Source of the DNA: Bugula neritina | Taxonomy: Eukaryota > Animalia > Bryozoa | DNA: 64,000 bases | Direction: 5' to 3' | Assembly: GCA_964035545.1 (NCBI GenBank) | Contig: OZ037768.1 | Location: 17,281,875-17,345,874 of the forward strand | Part shown: positions 48,868 to 63,852 of the stretch, piece by piece | Numbering within the stretch: position 1 is the stretch's first letter | Layout: the number at the start of each line of letters is the position of its first letter | The notes under the pieces: generated by a model | What the model was told of the DNA's origin: nothing | What the model saw: only the letters and a program-made list of their open reading frames with translations | The model's database searches: none | Translations under genes and position numbers: made by a program

Positions 48868-50922
48868 GGTGCTAAAGTCTTGAGTAACTTAAAGGGTTAC
48901 AATCTCAAAATACTAAGTTAGTGGAAAGTCCTCTGCTTCTAGGAGGCTACCTGTATCTTAGAGAGCTTCTGCATGTAAACCCTGTCTCTACCACATTTAG
49001 GAATAATGTGGAGAGCCCGTGGTGCCTACACTTTCATTGACCAATAGAAAAGGGAGGTGCTAATCAATCACATTCTAGCTAAACTGCAAGCAGATATATA
49101 GGCATTCTATTGGTCAACTGATTTGCAGCCCATAATTTAATGCAGTTGGGGCAACAAAACGGCCCAATGATAACCTAAGTCAATCCTTAAAAAGCTGAAT
49201 AGAAAATTATGAATTTAGAAATCTATATTTCGGGAACCTCCACATATGTTTATCCTTTCACATACGACATAAATTTATAGTAGATTCTACCTTAATGTTA
49301 TGTCATCATATATATACATATACATTTTTTATTAGGGAAATAAAAAAGCTACGCTAATCCTAATACTTGCGAAGAAGAGCATTCAGTGTAACCAAAGTCA
49401 CCTGCACTTTGCTATAATTGTTTTAAGCATTATTCTCAATGTTTTTACAATTTAGACAACACTCATTATATCATAATCAAAATAACTAATGAAATACATT
49501 TTTTCTTATACAGAAAATGATCTGAGAACTTTCCAATAAAAGCACTCATTCTATCTTTTTGTAATCGTAGCTAAAAAGCTACAAAATAATCATTTTGCAA
49601 TATATATATATACCCGCACTAGTTATAAATATTTAGTATGCATGCTTTTACTATTTGACATCCAGCTTTGAAAATAGTTCATTACATCGATAGCCATGTT
49701 TCCACACAAATTTAGTGTATAACTGCAAATTATTTATATATATTATTTTATTATTTTGTATTTAAGAACACATACAACATAAGCTAAGATCACAACTAAG
49801 TCTCAATGGTTTTTTTTAATTATTAGTAGTTGTTGTAAATAAAGTTTATGCTATCACTTTTACATTAACAAAATAAGCAAGCAGTCTCCTTTGATTTAAA
49901 TAATTAAAAATTACCTTAAGTGGGTTAATAGTCTTAAAAAGAATCTATAGCCATGGACATTCATTTTCGCACTAATTAGAAAGCACTCAATAATTACAAA
50001 GTATGTAATAAGTTGTTTTGTTAGTGGAAGTTTCACTGATCCAAGAGAGTTATCCACTTCTCATAAAAAGCTCTTGGTTTGCGGAGACTCTAATCAGCGC
50101 ACATCGCATTGAAAGAAAAGCCGTTTCCGATTCTGCTACATTGATGATTGATATTCACATTGACAATTCGATGACAATTATATTTCTTGTAATTTGGTTA
50201 TAGTAATACTAGTATTCACAAAAGTATCAAATAATTAAATTTAGTACTGCTAATTACTGCATATTTTTGTAAAAACGTTTATGTTGTAGCAAACTATAGT
50301 ATAAATTAAAATATATAATACAATTTAAATTAGATCTGTCACTTTAAGTTTAAGTTTATAATTATTAACTAGAGTTCCTCATCCTGTTCTAAGAAGACTG
50401 AGAGTATTGAAAATTTAAATTTCATCTGTTCTCAAAGTCAATCTGACTTTTGAGTATCTCGTTCTCAATTATTTCTTAATGTCAATGACAATCTCATTGG
50501 CTCTGAGCTTGACATTATCGTTCTACTTCTAGTGATTCTCAGTCATTCTTTAAATTATTCAGTTTCATTCTCATTCTGGTTAGTGATTAGATTACATTCA
50601 CTGATAAGTTAAGTGATTAAACATTAGTATAACTAAAATTATTGCTATAACTATTACTATTAGTTTATTACTATTAGTATAACTATAACTATAAGTATTA
50701 CTGTTACTGTTAGTATAATTATAAGATTTAGTATTATTCAAACGGCAGTGAAAAACTATTACTATTAGTATTACTATTAATGTTACTAACAATAGTCAAT
50801 ATTCAATAGTTTAAGTTATACTTATAGTCAATAACATTAAAGTTTCAGTTTAAACATTCATTGTCATTGTGATTGTCATTATCATCGTAGAACTGGAATT
50901 ATTATAAAAAATACAATTCATC

Positions 50923-53900
50923 ATGGCTATGATATTTACTCCTACTAACCAAAAACGGCTCACAAATGTCGCCATTGTTCGAATAAAAAAAGCTGGTAAA
51001 CGATTTGAAATAGCCTGCTATCCAAACAAAGTGTCAACTTGGCGTGAAAAAATGTAGGTATACACAAAATCAAATGCTTATGGCTATGCTCTTGGTCACT
51101 TGATGTGACAATTTTGAGGAAATTTAAAGTAAACAATAAACTGATTGAAGTGATCAATAATTAATTATAATTATAATATAAATATATTAATTTACAAAAT
51201 AAAAGCTAGTAGTAATACTAATAGTTATAGTATTAGTAATACTAATATTACTAGTAGTACTAGTATTATGCTGGCAATGTCAATATTAAATGAACATCAG
51301 CCGCACTGAGCTTTAAATCAGTCATGGCCATAACCAACTTGATTGTAGGGGCTGAGCTATTATTTATCTTCATTTCTGCACTGCTAGGCCAGCCTTGGTC
51401 TTGCGGTGAATAAATTTCAAGTTTAAGGCTTAGTGTTAGTCCATTGTGCTAATCAAGTCTGTTCAGCTTCAAGGGTTTTAATTTTCTCAGAATTGTAAAT
51501 GGACATGTACATGTACGTCAACTTGTACCTAAAATTATAAGAATTCAGTTTAGATTTGATAGGAGTGATTATAGTACAAATATAACATATGCCATACCCG
51601 TGCCCCATGTGTCATCCCTTATCTATCTCATTAAGTTTAAATTCAATAATCTAAGCCATGGTGTTTTATAGCATGTTGACCACAATGTTCATAATTATTG
51701 ATCAATTAAAATCTCTGAATGTTAGTGCCACATAGAGTCTTTGTATCCCAAGTCATAAGGACAGTTGATAATACGTAATCCCATAAAGGTAATAATATTG
51801 TAGTCATGCACTTAATCTCAAATATATTTTCATTGTGATAATTTGAAATTGGCGTTGTAAATAGATTTGCAAATTTTTGATTGAAACCAAATCAATCTTT
51901 GTATTATAAAAAAAGCAATTTTAACTCTTAAATAATATATATTTACTAAAAGTTTAAAGTAAAAATCAAGTTTTTATGGCAAATATAAAACAGGAAATAA
52001 GTTAAAAAATAAAATCAAGTTATAACTTTAGTTTCTATTACATTAAATCAACATTTTAACTCTAAACCTTATGTTAGAATGCTAGTATTGAATAAAAATA
52101 TGCCTCCAGTGCAAAGCCTTGTTAAGAGTAAAAAAGCCAACAAGCTAATGAATTTTGAAATTTATGTCATTTTACTTTGTTTAGTACACATAACACACAG
52201 GCTAATTAGTATCAAAAATATGATGTTAGTATCAAAATATGACGTTTGACGGTGTTTTGTATATGCTGATTTCAAATATGTATTGGAAAAAGAGCTTAGA
52301 AGGAAGTCTTACATCATTGTTATATTGCTCACTTTGCTCACCTTTTACCACCATATCCTGATTGGGTGGCGGGTTTTTGCCTAGTTCCCAGTTCAACCAA
52401 ACTAATCCATTCCACCCGATCACTTGTATTACTTTGGTTTAGGGCTAGCCAGCAAAGGTCGGCTTTGATTGTGTCACTACACTGCTATTTGGGCTGTCTA
52501 CGCCCTCTGCTTCCCCCACCCTCATCTCAAACACTCCTGATTTTATCATCTCCCTCTCCAACAAACATGGTCATACCATTCTAACTTCTTTTCTCAAAAT
52601 ATCTTTCATTGGCATTATATTTTTTTCTGTTCTCATCTCCACTTCTTTGGTGTTCTTCTAAACTCATTCCTAGGCAGTATTTTGACATGCAAATCTCACT
52701 GGAGCTAACCTTATCTATGAGAGCTCCTCATACAGGAGAGGGTCTCATTCCCGTATGTTAGGAATGGTTGTATAACAGTCTTATTTATATATGGATAATT
52801 TCAGGTGTGCTGGCATCTTTTTGTTGCAGAGTACTCTGCTTACCCCATGCCATTTTCTCCATACCCTAAAAATACGCAGCTCCATCTCCTTACGACTCCC
52901 TGGTGGATGGTGGTACCTAGTTTTCATCCTCACCTATCGGTGGCAGATACTCTGTCTTTGATTTGCTTAGCTTGATTTCAACACTCTTCATTTTCTCTCT
53001 TCATACTTCCAATCTTTTTCTAGAAGTTCGTGGCTACTATCACAGAGCACTAAGCCATCAGCAAATAACCTAGCTCATGGTGTATTTTCTTCAATGCTTT
53101 CAGCATTTACATCCATAATGATAGAGATCATTGAGCCTTTATTTCTACGGCCTCTGCGCTCCCAGTGTGTGTCCTGAGTCCTAACTTGGGTTAAGCAGTT
53201 GTCATACATATCTTGAGTGGTGTTGGTGTACCTTTCAGGCACCCCTTTCCACCTAAGACAGTACCAGATTAAGTTCCTTGAGATGGTATCGTAGGCCTTT
53301 TCTAGGTCTATGGACACCATATGCAGGTCTCTATTGTACTCCCTAAATCTTTTTTCTAATATGCATGAACAGATTATCTGCTCAGTGGTGCACCTTCTCT
53401 TTTCTGAAAGTCATATTGATTTTTCTTAGTGCTAACAATGTTGACGATTGACATCATTGCTATATTGTCTCATCAAAATGTTGTAGAATTTCTGGAAAAA
53501 AACAAGCTATTCTTGAGAGATAATTTTGCTGTAGTTTGTATTTCCTATTAGTAGCTAAGATTCTATCAAATAGATGAAAAATGAAGATATTCAGCATGTA
53601 CTAAATGAAGCTAGTGAGATATGGTTCGCTAACCACAATGCAAAAAGCATCACAAAAACTATGGATTTTGACTAGGAATTTAATGAAAATACAGAAAATG
53701 AAGCAAAACTTCAAAAAATATTTCTTCTAGTACCAATCCATATTTTCTAGACTTGAGTGAAATTAAATACATTGCAGTTCCAAAAGCAATAGTAGCGAAA
53801 ACACACAGTAAATGCACTGCAATAGTGATTGAGGCACAAAACCTTGAACTGTAGAAATATCCATGAAAAATGTTCTGGGTAATGCATGCGTAATTTGCAA

Positions 53901-56900
53901 ACATGTGTTACCAGTTTACTCCTTTTGTAGCATTGCAAGGGTGTGCAGTGTGTACCAGCAAACATTTACTCTGCTATGCGCAGATTATTACAATAGTATT
54001 GTGTATTATATACATATGGTGTGGATATAAATAATTGGTATGTTTACAAAAATGGCAACAATTGGTTTTGGTGATATTATTTGTAGAAAAATTTTAGTAC
54101 AATTTTCATTAGCTGAATTCACTTATTTGTGTCTTTAGACTAAAATTATAAATGTTAATTACTATTTTGATAGTGAGAAAGATATTGATGAAGTTCTACA
54201 AACTCACACAGTGTTTGCCAATGTGTCAAAAGGTCAGGTAGCAAAAGCTGAAGACTTGAAACGTGCTTTTGGAAGTGAAGATCATGGAGATATTTGTCTT
54301 CAGGTAGTTAGTGTGCACATCACGTACATACAGGCACACATGTTTCGATTGTGTTTAAAGAATGTGTCCAGCTAATCAGCTTCATTCAAAAGACATTTTA
54401 TATCTATCTGCATTCAAGCTGCTAGTTGTTAATCTGATTTTTCTTCTGTTTCAAATATCTTCTCATGGTTAGCTTAATTTAAGAGCATAATATGACAATA
54501 TGCTACTGCAACAGTGGTTCTCTACAGGCTAGATATTTTAGTATATCTCATTGAAAAGCTGCAGGCAGTCGAATGTATGTGTTGGAGTGTATCACTTTCC
54601 TGTAGTGGTCTCATCTCTATCACTCTTCTGATCTGCATATACAATATACAATCAGATTGCTACTTCTACACTCATATAATATTACCTCTCACTCCAACTT
54701 AGCCCTTCTCCTGTTACCTCATCTTTCAGTGGCCATGTAAACACGAGTAACTTGATTACTTTCTTCTAACACAGCGTCTTCCTGTGATGCCACATCTTTC
54801 TTGCATTTTAGACTTTATGAAGTAAAATGTGTGCTGTTTCAGTTCTATTTACAGTTTCCTTCAAAATATTTAATTTTAATGTGTTTCTATAACTTTCATG
54901 TTTTAATATGTTGTTAAAAAAGAGATTTGTTCAAGTATTTCACAGCATTTGTCTAATTTTTGTGGTTTCTTAAAGAACTGACCCCCTTTATTAATTATCA
55001 TACCCCTTCTCTATTGATATGCAGTGATGAGATCTTAGGGACAATATTACTCTGACTTAGTGCAGTTGTTAGTTCTAATTGAGCACTAAATGCAATTCAG
55101 TTTAGAGGCCAGCTTTGGGAGTCTCCTAAGCATTTGTTACCACTGCTGTTTCAGCGTCCACCATCTTTGTACTATCACTACTATAGTTCTTAGCTAATTC
55201 ATGCTATACAATTTTTTTTTATATATTTTTTTAAATAATGTTTTAGAAAAAAAACTAACACATATTATCTATTGTAAATATGGTAATTTACAAGCTATGA
55301 ATTTTGGTTCTTTTCTTGATCTAGATTTTGGGGAAAGGTGAATTACAAGTTACAGAGAAAGAGCGTGGGGCCAACAATGAGGCTCTATACAGAGATATTG
55401 CGACTATAGTGGCTGACAAATGTGTGAACCCTGTTACCAACAGACCTTATACCGTAACTTTAATAGAGAAAGCAATGAGAGATGCCCACTATTCACTGAA
55501 ACCTAGCAAACCAGCCAAACAGCAGGTGAAATGTGCTTTTTTATTGTTTTTCTTTTGAAGTTATCAAAGGCCAGATTGCTTTGGAGTAGAGTTTAAGTGA
55601 ACTGGTTGTTAGTGATGACCCATCAAGCTGATGTTAGAACTTATAATCTTATCTGTGGTCCATTTGTTGCAGGCTTTGTTAATCTTGCTGTTTAATCTAC
55701 ACTTTTATGGATAATTGCTTGATGTTTTGGAAGCCCAGTGAAACTGGTGACATTGTAATTTTGCAGAAGTTGACACACATATGTTGACTTTTGTGTTTAC
55801 ATATGCTTTCTGCCTTTAATCTTCTCATCAACTGTAAATAGAGTGTATAATTCTGAATGATTGCTGTGGTAGATAACAATATGGCAGCTGCAGTGTTAAA
55901 CTAACTTCTGCCCACAAAAGATTTCAATATTCCTACCTTTTTATTGATAGTCTTATGTTTCTGGACATTAGAAGTAATGGCTTTCATGTGTAACAGGCAT
56001 AACCTAGCTAAGCTAAGCAGTGCCCACTACCTGTTCTTTTAGTTGAATCTAGTAATTGATTAAATGCAATATTTTGCTTTGGTCTTCAGAATTTCAACCC
56101 CTTCAACTAATTTTAGATCCAACCATGTTTTCAGTAATAATGCAGGTGTTTTTAGTGGGTGGGCCCAGCGGTTGATTTTGCCTAAAATAACAGCCTATCC
56201 TCAAATTAAGGTTAGGGAATTACTTAATAACCTTGTTGAAAAAATAAAAGGTTTGCTTTATGCTATGTCCTATTGTAGCATTATGTGATTTAATATTTTT
56301 TGTTTTGTAAATTTTAGGCATTAGATGTAATACGAAAACTCAAAGAGTTGGGCCAAATACAGATTGAGCGAGCACAAATGAAGTTGCGCATTACAATACC
56401 AGGTAAACTTATTCACTGTGCACACTGTACAGTAATTAATTAGGCCCTTTAGTCCTTAATGCTTTTAAGTTCATTCTCTTCAGATTTGTTACATTTAAAA
56501 TCATGTTTGCTATCACAATATTATTTGTGGTAATGACTATACAGTTTCTTTTGGTTCAAGTTGTATTTCAAAACATAAACACTTTGGAGAATAACAAAAT
56601 GCACGTGCTGATCCTTAGATTTTTGTGTGGCTCGGTACTTTTTTGTGTGAGAATTTATTTTTTTCTGTCCTAGATCAAGTGGAAACTAACCACACTGCAT
56701 CATGCAATTTAGGCAATCTATTCAGTGTGGCCTTTTCCTCTGATCTTCACTGTACCGTCTTTCAAGAGGTTATCCATTGTATTTTTAGAAACTTGTAAAA
56801 CTGTAAAGAAAATAAAGGAATCTATAAAGCCAATGGCAAGTAAAGTTGAGAGAGATGATCCCTTTGAAATGGTGAGTAGCATGTCTGGGTAACAAGTGAT

Positions 56901-58324
56901 GTCAACATCTTTCTATTAGTACACTTGCCATTCCTAGCCTTGTAGGGCATAGGTTTCACTTCATGCTAGCCTATGATATTGTATACTATCTAAGTCCAAG
57001 GCTTTCATAGGGTCCTCCCTAATCTTTGTCTTATAGGTGTTGGATTTCCCACTAAATTTATGATTAATGCAGTATAGTCTACTGAATCACGTTCATTGGA
57101 GGCAGACAGGAGTAGAGGGCAATTTTAAATGGATGTTTGCTTGTTCCTACACCCATTGCTGATAAGAATATTCAGCCACTTCAGTTCATACCACTTGAAA
57201 GCAAGTGATATCTGGTTGCAAAATTTATGCTTATATGTAATTTTGGGGCACAGGTGGTTGAATAAAAGGCCCAAAGTGAAATATGGATAGTTTGCTATCA
57301 AGTGAAATCTGAAATACTTTTCGTTTTTTCACATAACCATTACTTAATCGTGTGTGTATCTATAGCAAACATTAGCATAACTATTAACAAAAAGCTTCCC
57401 ATTTCACCTGCTCCAATTATTTTGAGCCAGTTCATTCCAATAACTCCCAGCTAGCTTGGACTCTAAAGTTTATAACAATGCTCCGACCACAGGAATTTCT
57501 ATTTAAACAAGTCTATTTGTAAAGTGTTTTTTGTTGGCACCTTTTAATTGTATTGAAGATGTAATTGGATGTTATGGTCCCATATTCCACTTAATAATGC
57601 CATGAGATTGCTTATTTTCTTGAAGTTACTAATTTCATATTTCTTTCATTCCAGCTGGGCTAGTTAAACCCTAACCTATTCATTAAAAATTGAGAAAATG
57701 CTACTCATTAAATTAGGTTTTGCTTGATCATTTCAATAAAGGTGCATATAAATAAATCATTTTCATTGGCTGGCTAGATTTGAAATCCATTTTAAATTCA
57801 GAGGTCAAGTTATAATTTCTAAACCTATTAAAACTATCAGTTAACTGATTTTTGCTCTAAATCTTGGCAAAGTGCCCTACTGGATAGGCTAGCCATGTAG
57901 ACTTGCACATATTAAATTTTATGCATGAGAATCCTTTATGAATAAATTAGTTGGCAAGGCAGCTTGTGTGCAAACAAGTTAGTTAGTACAAACAAGACTG
58001 CAAATCTATATTTAGTTATGCTATTGATTTTGTTTAATTAAAATAAAAATTGGTCATTCATGTTTTGGAAGGAACTTTGTATTTCTTCAATATAAGCATG
58101 GGTATAATATTGTCTAATATTAAACAGAAACAAAGTTCAATCTATTATCTTGAGACTGTCAACACATCAATATGCATGTGGAATGTTTGTGTCTGTAGGA
58201 GGTGCTGGCAGATCCAGGTTGCTACAGAGAACTCTCAGATCTCTTGCAGCGAGAGCTCAGGGGTCAAGGTCAAATTGAGGTGCTGAATCTCAAAGAAATA
58301 GAGGAGGGAGAAGAAACACTATAA
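50923..58324 (+). CDS. SBDS: Ribosome maturation protein SBDS
   Basis: Exons 50923-51053 ([37 protein letters not shown]), 54174-54303 ([24 protein letters not shown]), 55325-55525 ([14 protein letters not shown]), 56318-56402, 56789-56871 and 58199-58324 (DPGCYRE...[15 protein letters not shown]). Phases are consistent. Confidence 0.95.
52330..53430 (-). mobile_element. Degenerate RTE-like LINE fragment in SBDS intron 1
   Basis: RT-like peptide [31 protein letters not shown]...QDMYDN (53075-53320), then frameshifted remnants and an RTE-type C-terminal DR..W segment near 52400. Boundaries are approximate. Confidence 0.7.
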
Positions 58325-58450
58325 GCAATGTTTTGATAAATATATGTGTTTTGTAAAAAATACAAATACATAAAAAGTTTCATTTGATAAGTAGGTGCAG
58401 CTGCACTTATTGTTTCTAAATTAAGCTGATGTTGATTGCTCTTGGTGAGG

Positions 58451-61400
58451 CTAGTGGGAAAATTCACCAACATTTATGGTGATTGCTTTTTCGGTTCTGG
58501 ATTTTGTCTTCCCACAATCCTTCTGTTCAGAAAATGAAATCCAGTCTTCTTGGTTTCCTTTAGCTTTTCTTCTATAAAAATAAAAGCACATAATTATATA
58601 CAAAAAGTTAGCAGTATTGAATGCTAGGCAAAGAAGTATATGCATGTAAATTAGACTCATTGTTGTAACAAGCAGCAACTAGAACATATTAATGTAAATT
58701 TAATTTCAATACGCGGATCAATTTTGGATTGGATCATCATAATTTATGCTCTTGCACTGTATTCTATGTATGCAAAATTTACATTATAATACTCTTAAAT
58801 GGAGAAAAGGGTCCAACCAAGCACGCTTACTTTAATGTACCGTTGTACTGTAACAACTAACATATATTTTGAATCTGTCCAGCACTTACTGTTCTCGCTT
58901 GTTGTTCAAAGACATTGCTTTAAACTTGGAGTCTAGATCTGTCTGGAACAATTTTGCGTCAATGTTCTCATTGCTTGTTGATGGCACTATGACATAACCT
59001 ATCAAATCACCATCTTGCATGTTATATGGAGCTTTACGTAAACTTGGCTCTGCCATTTTCGTCTTCCTCTTTCCACGCTAATGATTAATGAGCATAAGAT
59101 ACATTATATAAGATACATGATGTACATATTTTATGCACTAAAAATTTACCACTACATAAAATTTGGCTTCATCCTACAGCTGGCTGAAGGCAAACCAGCA
59201 CACATAAAAGGCAAAGATTCATTCGCCACCAATTTCACCTGTAATCCATTGGAAATCAGATTGACATATTTTGCAAGCATTACATATGATTATAATTTAC
59301 TTTTACTTGAATGTTGGTGAGTATTTAAACAGTACCGGCTAGACATGTACCTTTCTATCACCTTGTGAGCTGGGCAGTTTATACCTAATTGGTTTCCAGT
59401 CAAACTTCTCGGGTTCATACAAAGCTAACTGCAAGCTGGAAGTTTCGCATCCAATTTTCAAAGCAATTTGGGTTTGAAGTTGCCTAGCTGTTGCTCCACC
59501 GGATATATCCCACGACATAGTAATGCCATCACCATATCTATTAGTAGACATACTCTTTTCCCTCAATGATAAGATGACCTCATCTTCCCTGTAATAATTA
59601 CCAACATGCCTAACATTCTACTTAATATTTAGCTAATTCTTTCAGCTCATTCATAATAAGAACATATGTGAAGCTAATAGACTAAGTTATCAGCATATTA
59701 CGTAATTATATTGCTGGCTACCAATTTCCTTACTATCTGAAGAAAAGTATTTTTATATGTAACTAATAGAAAATAGTAAAAGGTTGTGTAAAATCAATGC
59801 TGTAGGTGGAGCCAGTTAGCATATGTTCTTAATTACCCAAATACAAAGCTATTTATTACCCCAGCAAAATGATATCTGATAATTGTAACAAGTACAATGC
59901 ATTCTATAGACAAGCAGAGCACAATTATTATATCTTGTTTAAACTTCAGCAAAGTAATGTAAAATTAGAAGACAAGTGCATTTGATTTGAAGTTGTTATT
60001 TCTTCATTGAAATGCTGCTATTTATATGCCAGTGACCTTGTCGCATACTATTCTAACTGCCTGAGAAACATGAAAGTTGATTAAACAACTGATATAAGCA
60101 TGCATGCTGGATAGATCGAGTTCGAAAAGTAGCAAAATGGGCTTTGACAGCATGCATTACTCCTTGTATATGATAAAGGATAGTAATTGGACTGGCCCAC
60201 TTGATGGAACTTAGATTACCTTAACTGATCACTATTTGGCAGGATCTCCATCATCATGTTGGCTACTGGTCCACGAACTTTGTAAGCTCTCAATGACTTG
60301 TTATCACATCTGTATATTAGCCCTGGATTCCTACCATTACATGATCTGAGTCTAAGATAGTCAACTGATTCTACTGAAACATTACAACTAGACTGGAACA
60401 AAGCTTTGAGTTCTCCTATAGTGATGTCACTGCCGACAGTGGCTGACCAATTGCTAGCATTACTATCACTAACACAGCCACTCTCCTCTTGTAAAGTTAT
60501 ATTCTCAAGGGAGTTTACCAGCCACTGTTCATACGACACATTGCATGGAACCTGAGCAAGGTCATTGTAGTATTCTACGTTGATGGTTATCGGATCTTTG
60601 GGAGGTGGTTTTCCTTCTATGAGTGCCAATCGATCCCCATGTTTAATTCTTGCTTTTGCTAAAGATTGATCAATATTGTAGATGACATCTTGGGGCTCAT
60701 CTATCCAATTGAGTGTCATTAAATGATAAGGGGAATGTGCATTTGTAATTGGTGCAGAGTTGGCTACCATCTGTTGGATACAGGATTCTATTGTTTGTGT
60801 ACACACACATACAACATCATGAACTTTACCATTATCAAGATTATAGGATATTGACATTTGTGAAGATTTGACAGGCTTTCCTTCCTCTACACGCAAAAGA
60901 CTCCTATCAGGCAAATGCAAGTCCTTAATTACGCGATCATAGAACAAAGGAGGTCCAAAGGTGCTGCCATTATTTGGACGAAGTCGAAGATTTATCCTCT
61001 CCGGTATGTCATGAGCTTCACGGAGTTTCTCCAAGATCATGAGAAGAAAAGAGGAAACAGTGTCTTTCAAATGAGCTATCATTGAGTATTGCACTCTGAT
61101 TTCTTGCACATGAACATCAAGAGAAAAAGTAATTTTATCAGCAGGTAGAGTTTCAGTTATTGGTTCGTTGCTGACATTCACTATTGAATCATTAGTAAGG
61201 GCCTCACTGATTGGTTGATCTTCAAATATTTCCAACTCCGCTAGTTTACCATGCTTTTTAACGCTGTAAAGGCATACGGGTGGTGCAGTTCCAGTAGCCT
61301 CCATAGCATATCTGCACAGTTCTGGCATTGTTGCCGACTTTGACAAGTGTATCACCTTATTCATTTCCCCATAACTGAAGGTGATCTACAGAATATTAAG

Positions 61401-63852
61401 TGAACTATACATCTCCATATTTCATTAGGTACACCATTAGATTATAAAAATAATTTTTCCCACAAGTAAAACAAATTTATATAACACAGTGACACCTTTT
61501 AGACAAAGATATTTGCTAGTTTAAACCAACAAGTGAAATGCATAAGTACTAGCCACCAAACTGGCAACTAGAATTAATGTGTAATGAAGTCTATATGTAG
61601 CATCAATAACTAAAAGATTTCTGCCATTACAACTGCTCGTTCAGTAAAAGAAAAATACATAAAATAGAAGGAGCAGAGCAAGTCTTGGGCCCACACAATA
61701 ATTCTATAGCTGCAACAAAAAAATGCATGGCAAGTTGCTGTTCTACAATGAAAAGCTTTGTCAGCTTATCACATCAGTAGCTAACATCTCTCTAGCAGTC
61801 ATCAGATTACATGCTGTTAGGGCAGTGACCTAATATGGGAATTATGTCAATCTCTGATTCTGTTGTACAAAAATCAGATACAAATTACTAAAAATTAGAT
61901 AGTATTCAGTCGAAGCAGTTATGCAGCTGATTAGTACAGTGTGCAGTTTACTTCATAGCAAGATTAGGATACATGTATTATTTTATTGGTCAGCTAAATA
62001 GCCTAATTATAACAAATGTTTCAGGACTTCGCCAGTGCAAAGTAGTCTCAACTGTCACATTAGAGGTAGACTAATAGTTCGTTGTTATTATAAGTCACCC
62101 AATGGTTATTAAGTCTGTTTAAATACTAAACAATAATATTGTGTCATCAGCCATAACATAGTTATGTAAACCCATCATGCTATCTTACCTTGAAAGGCTC
62201 ATTGTCCGCTCCACTGAGCACTCTGTGTTTTTCAATGGCTGACTTTGACACGAGGATGAAACCAGCCACTCCTGGTAAACTTACAGAAGCCACTTTGGCC
62301 GAGCACTGTGCTGTATCTTCTGCCAAATCCAAAGATATTTACAAAATTCAAAGCATATTTTCTACGACACTGAATTGAGTTTACAAATTACAGTAAAACT
62401 ACGTGTTAGTATGACTACTACAGACTCATCGCGAATAACTCAAAAACTCTAGTGAAATAACTAGAAACTTTTGAAAAATAATAGAATGCATAGAATAATG
62501 TCTTCTTAAAGAATTTTCCTTTAGAATAAATATTTCGACTGAAAAAAATTATTTTTGAAAATATTCACATCTTCTGACTGTATCATTGAAAGTGCGAACC
62601 TGTTTACCCAAAATGAACTATAAATCAAGTAAAATTTTAACCATTCACATTTTGCTTGATGAGCCTCGTTTTGTAAGGCAAAATAATTCTGTGTAAATGC
62701 AGGTTATGCAAAATCTCCATTTTTCAGACACACACTTTTGTTACACAAAGTCACAAGAAAAACACTTGCCTTTGGTGTGTTTTATAGTACCACATAATTC
62801 AATTGACAAATTTTATTGCTAAAATAAAGTGGATTGCATGAATGAAGGATAGAATTTGTTTGAGTTTTTTTCCCAGTGTAGTTCAACCATTTACTCGAGC
62901 TCCTCTACAACATTTGTCTAGTGAGTTTGTTTTGTCTAGCAGGTCAGACAACTCCGAAATGATGAAAACATGTTGAAACTTACCAGATAAATTGTTTACC
63001 AAGTGAAGGACATCGTCAATAGGTTTTACTGTGTACAGCTGCAAATCTGCCCCGGTGGTATCTTCACTGGGTAGCTGCAATTATTTGAATCATTTAAAAT
63101 GAAAAAAACCTGAAGGATAATAACATAGTTCATGTGGATAAGTATTATCTTATTATACATCATATTATATATTATAATATAACTATAGTCTATATTTGTG
63201 TGTATAAACATGAACGCATATTTATTTCTTACACTTTGATTTTATAGCATGAAATATTCAATAAGTTAAGCTATGTTCTAAAACTATAAGTGGGAACAAA
63301 ATATTATCCCAACAATATGTTTTACAGCGGTGCTGCAAGATGAAACCCCATAACATAAAATATACAACAACCCCATTAACTACTTATGGCAAAAATTAAC
63401 AGTAAAATTATTCAAGCATTTGCCAACTTTATTTTTTTCTTATGCAAATACTAGATAACTCTCAGAGAGAAAAAATTCATCCTTATGAGGGTAAAAGATT
63501 TTGTAAAAGCATAAGCAATAAAGAAAATAAACAAAAGTGTAATTTAAAGGAACCTAATACAAGTTTTCTGCCAAAATCATTTAGCAGAAATGTTAGTTTC
63601 TATTAGTGTTACAAAGTATACGTTAAATTTAAAGGATTATAGTGTTGATTCCAAATTTAATATATATTTAGAAATTAAAAACATAATTCAAATTGCCAGT
63701 ACAATATTGATTTAAGTTACCTAACCTTGCAGCAAAACATATATATATTATACAACATATTAACAAGTTGTCCCTCACCTCTGAATGTATAGCCACTATC
63801 AGCTCATTCACTGTCTTTCGATTATCAAATTCAAGCTCATGAAAATGATGGC
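58451..63852 (-). CDS. USP40: Ubiquitin carboxyl-terminal hydrolase 40-like, 3' part (5' exons lie beyond the window)
   Basis: Exons 63852-63779 (ELEFDNRKTVNEL), 63074-62984, 62319-62189, 61385-60220, 59588-59351 (WDISGGATARQL...YEPEKFDWKPI), 59077-58890 (LRKAPYNMQDGDLIG) and 58571-58451 (TEKAITINVGEFSH*). Phases are consistent and the motifs match the recalled USP40 C-terminal region. The catalytic domain is not in the window. Confidence 0.75.
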
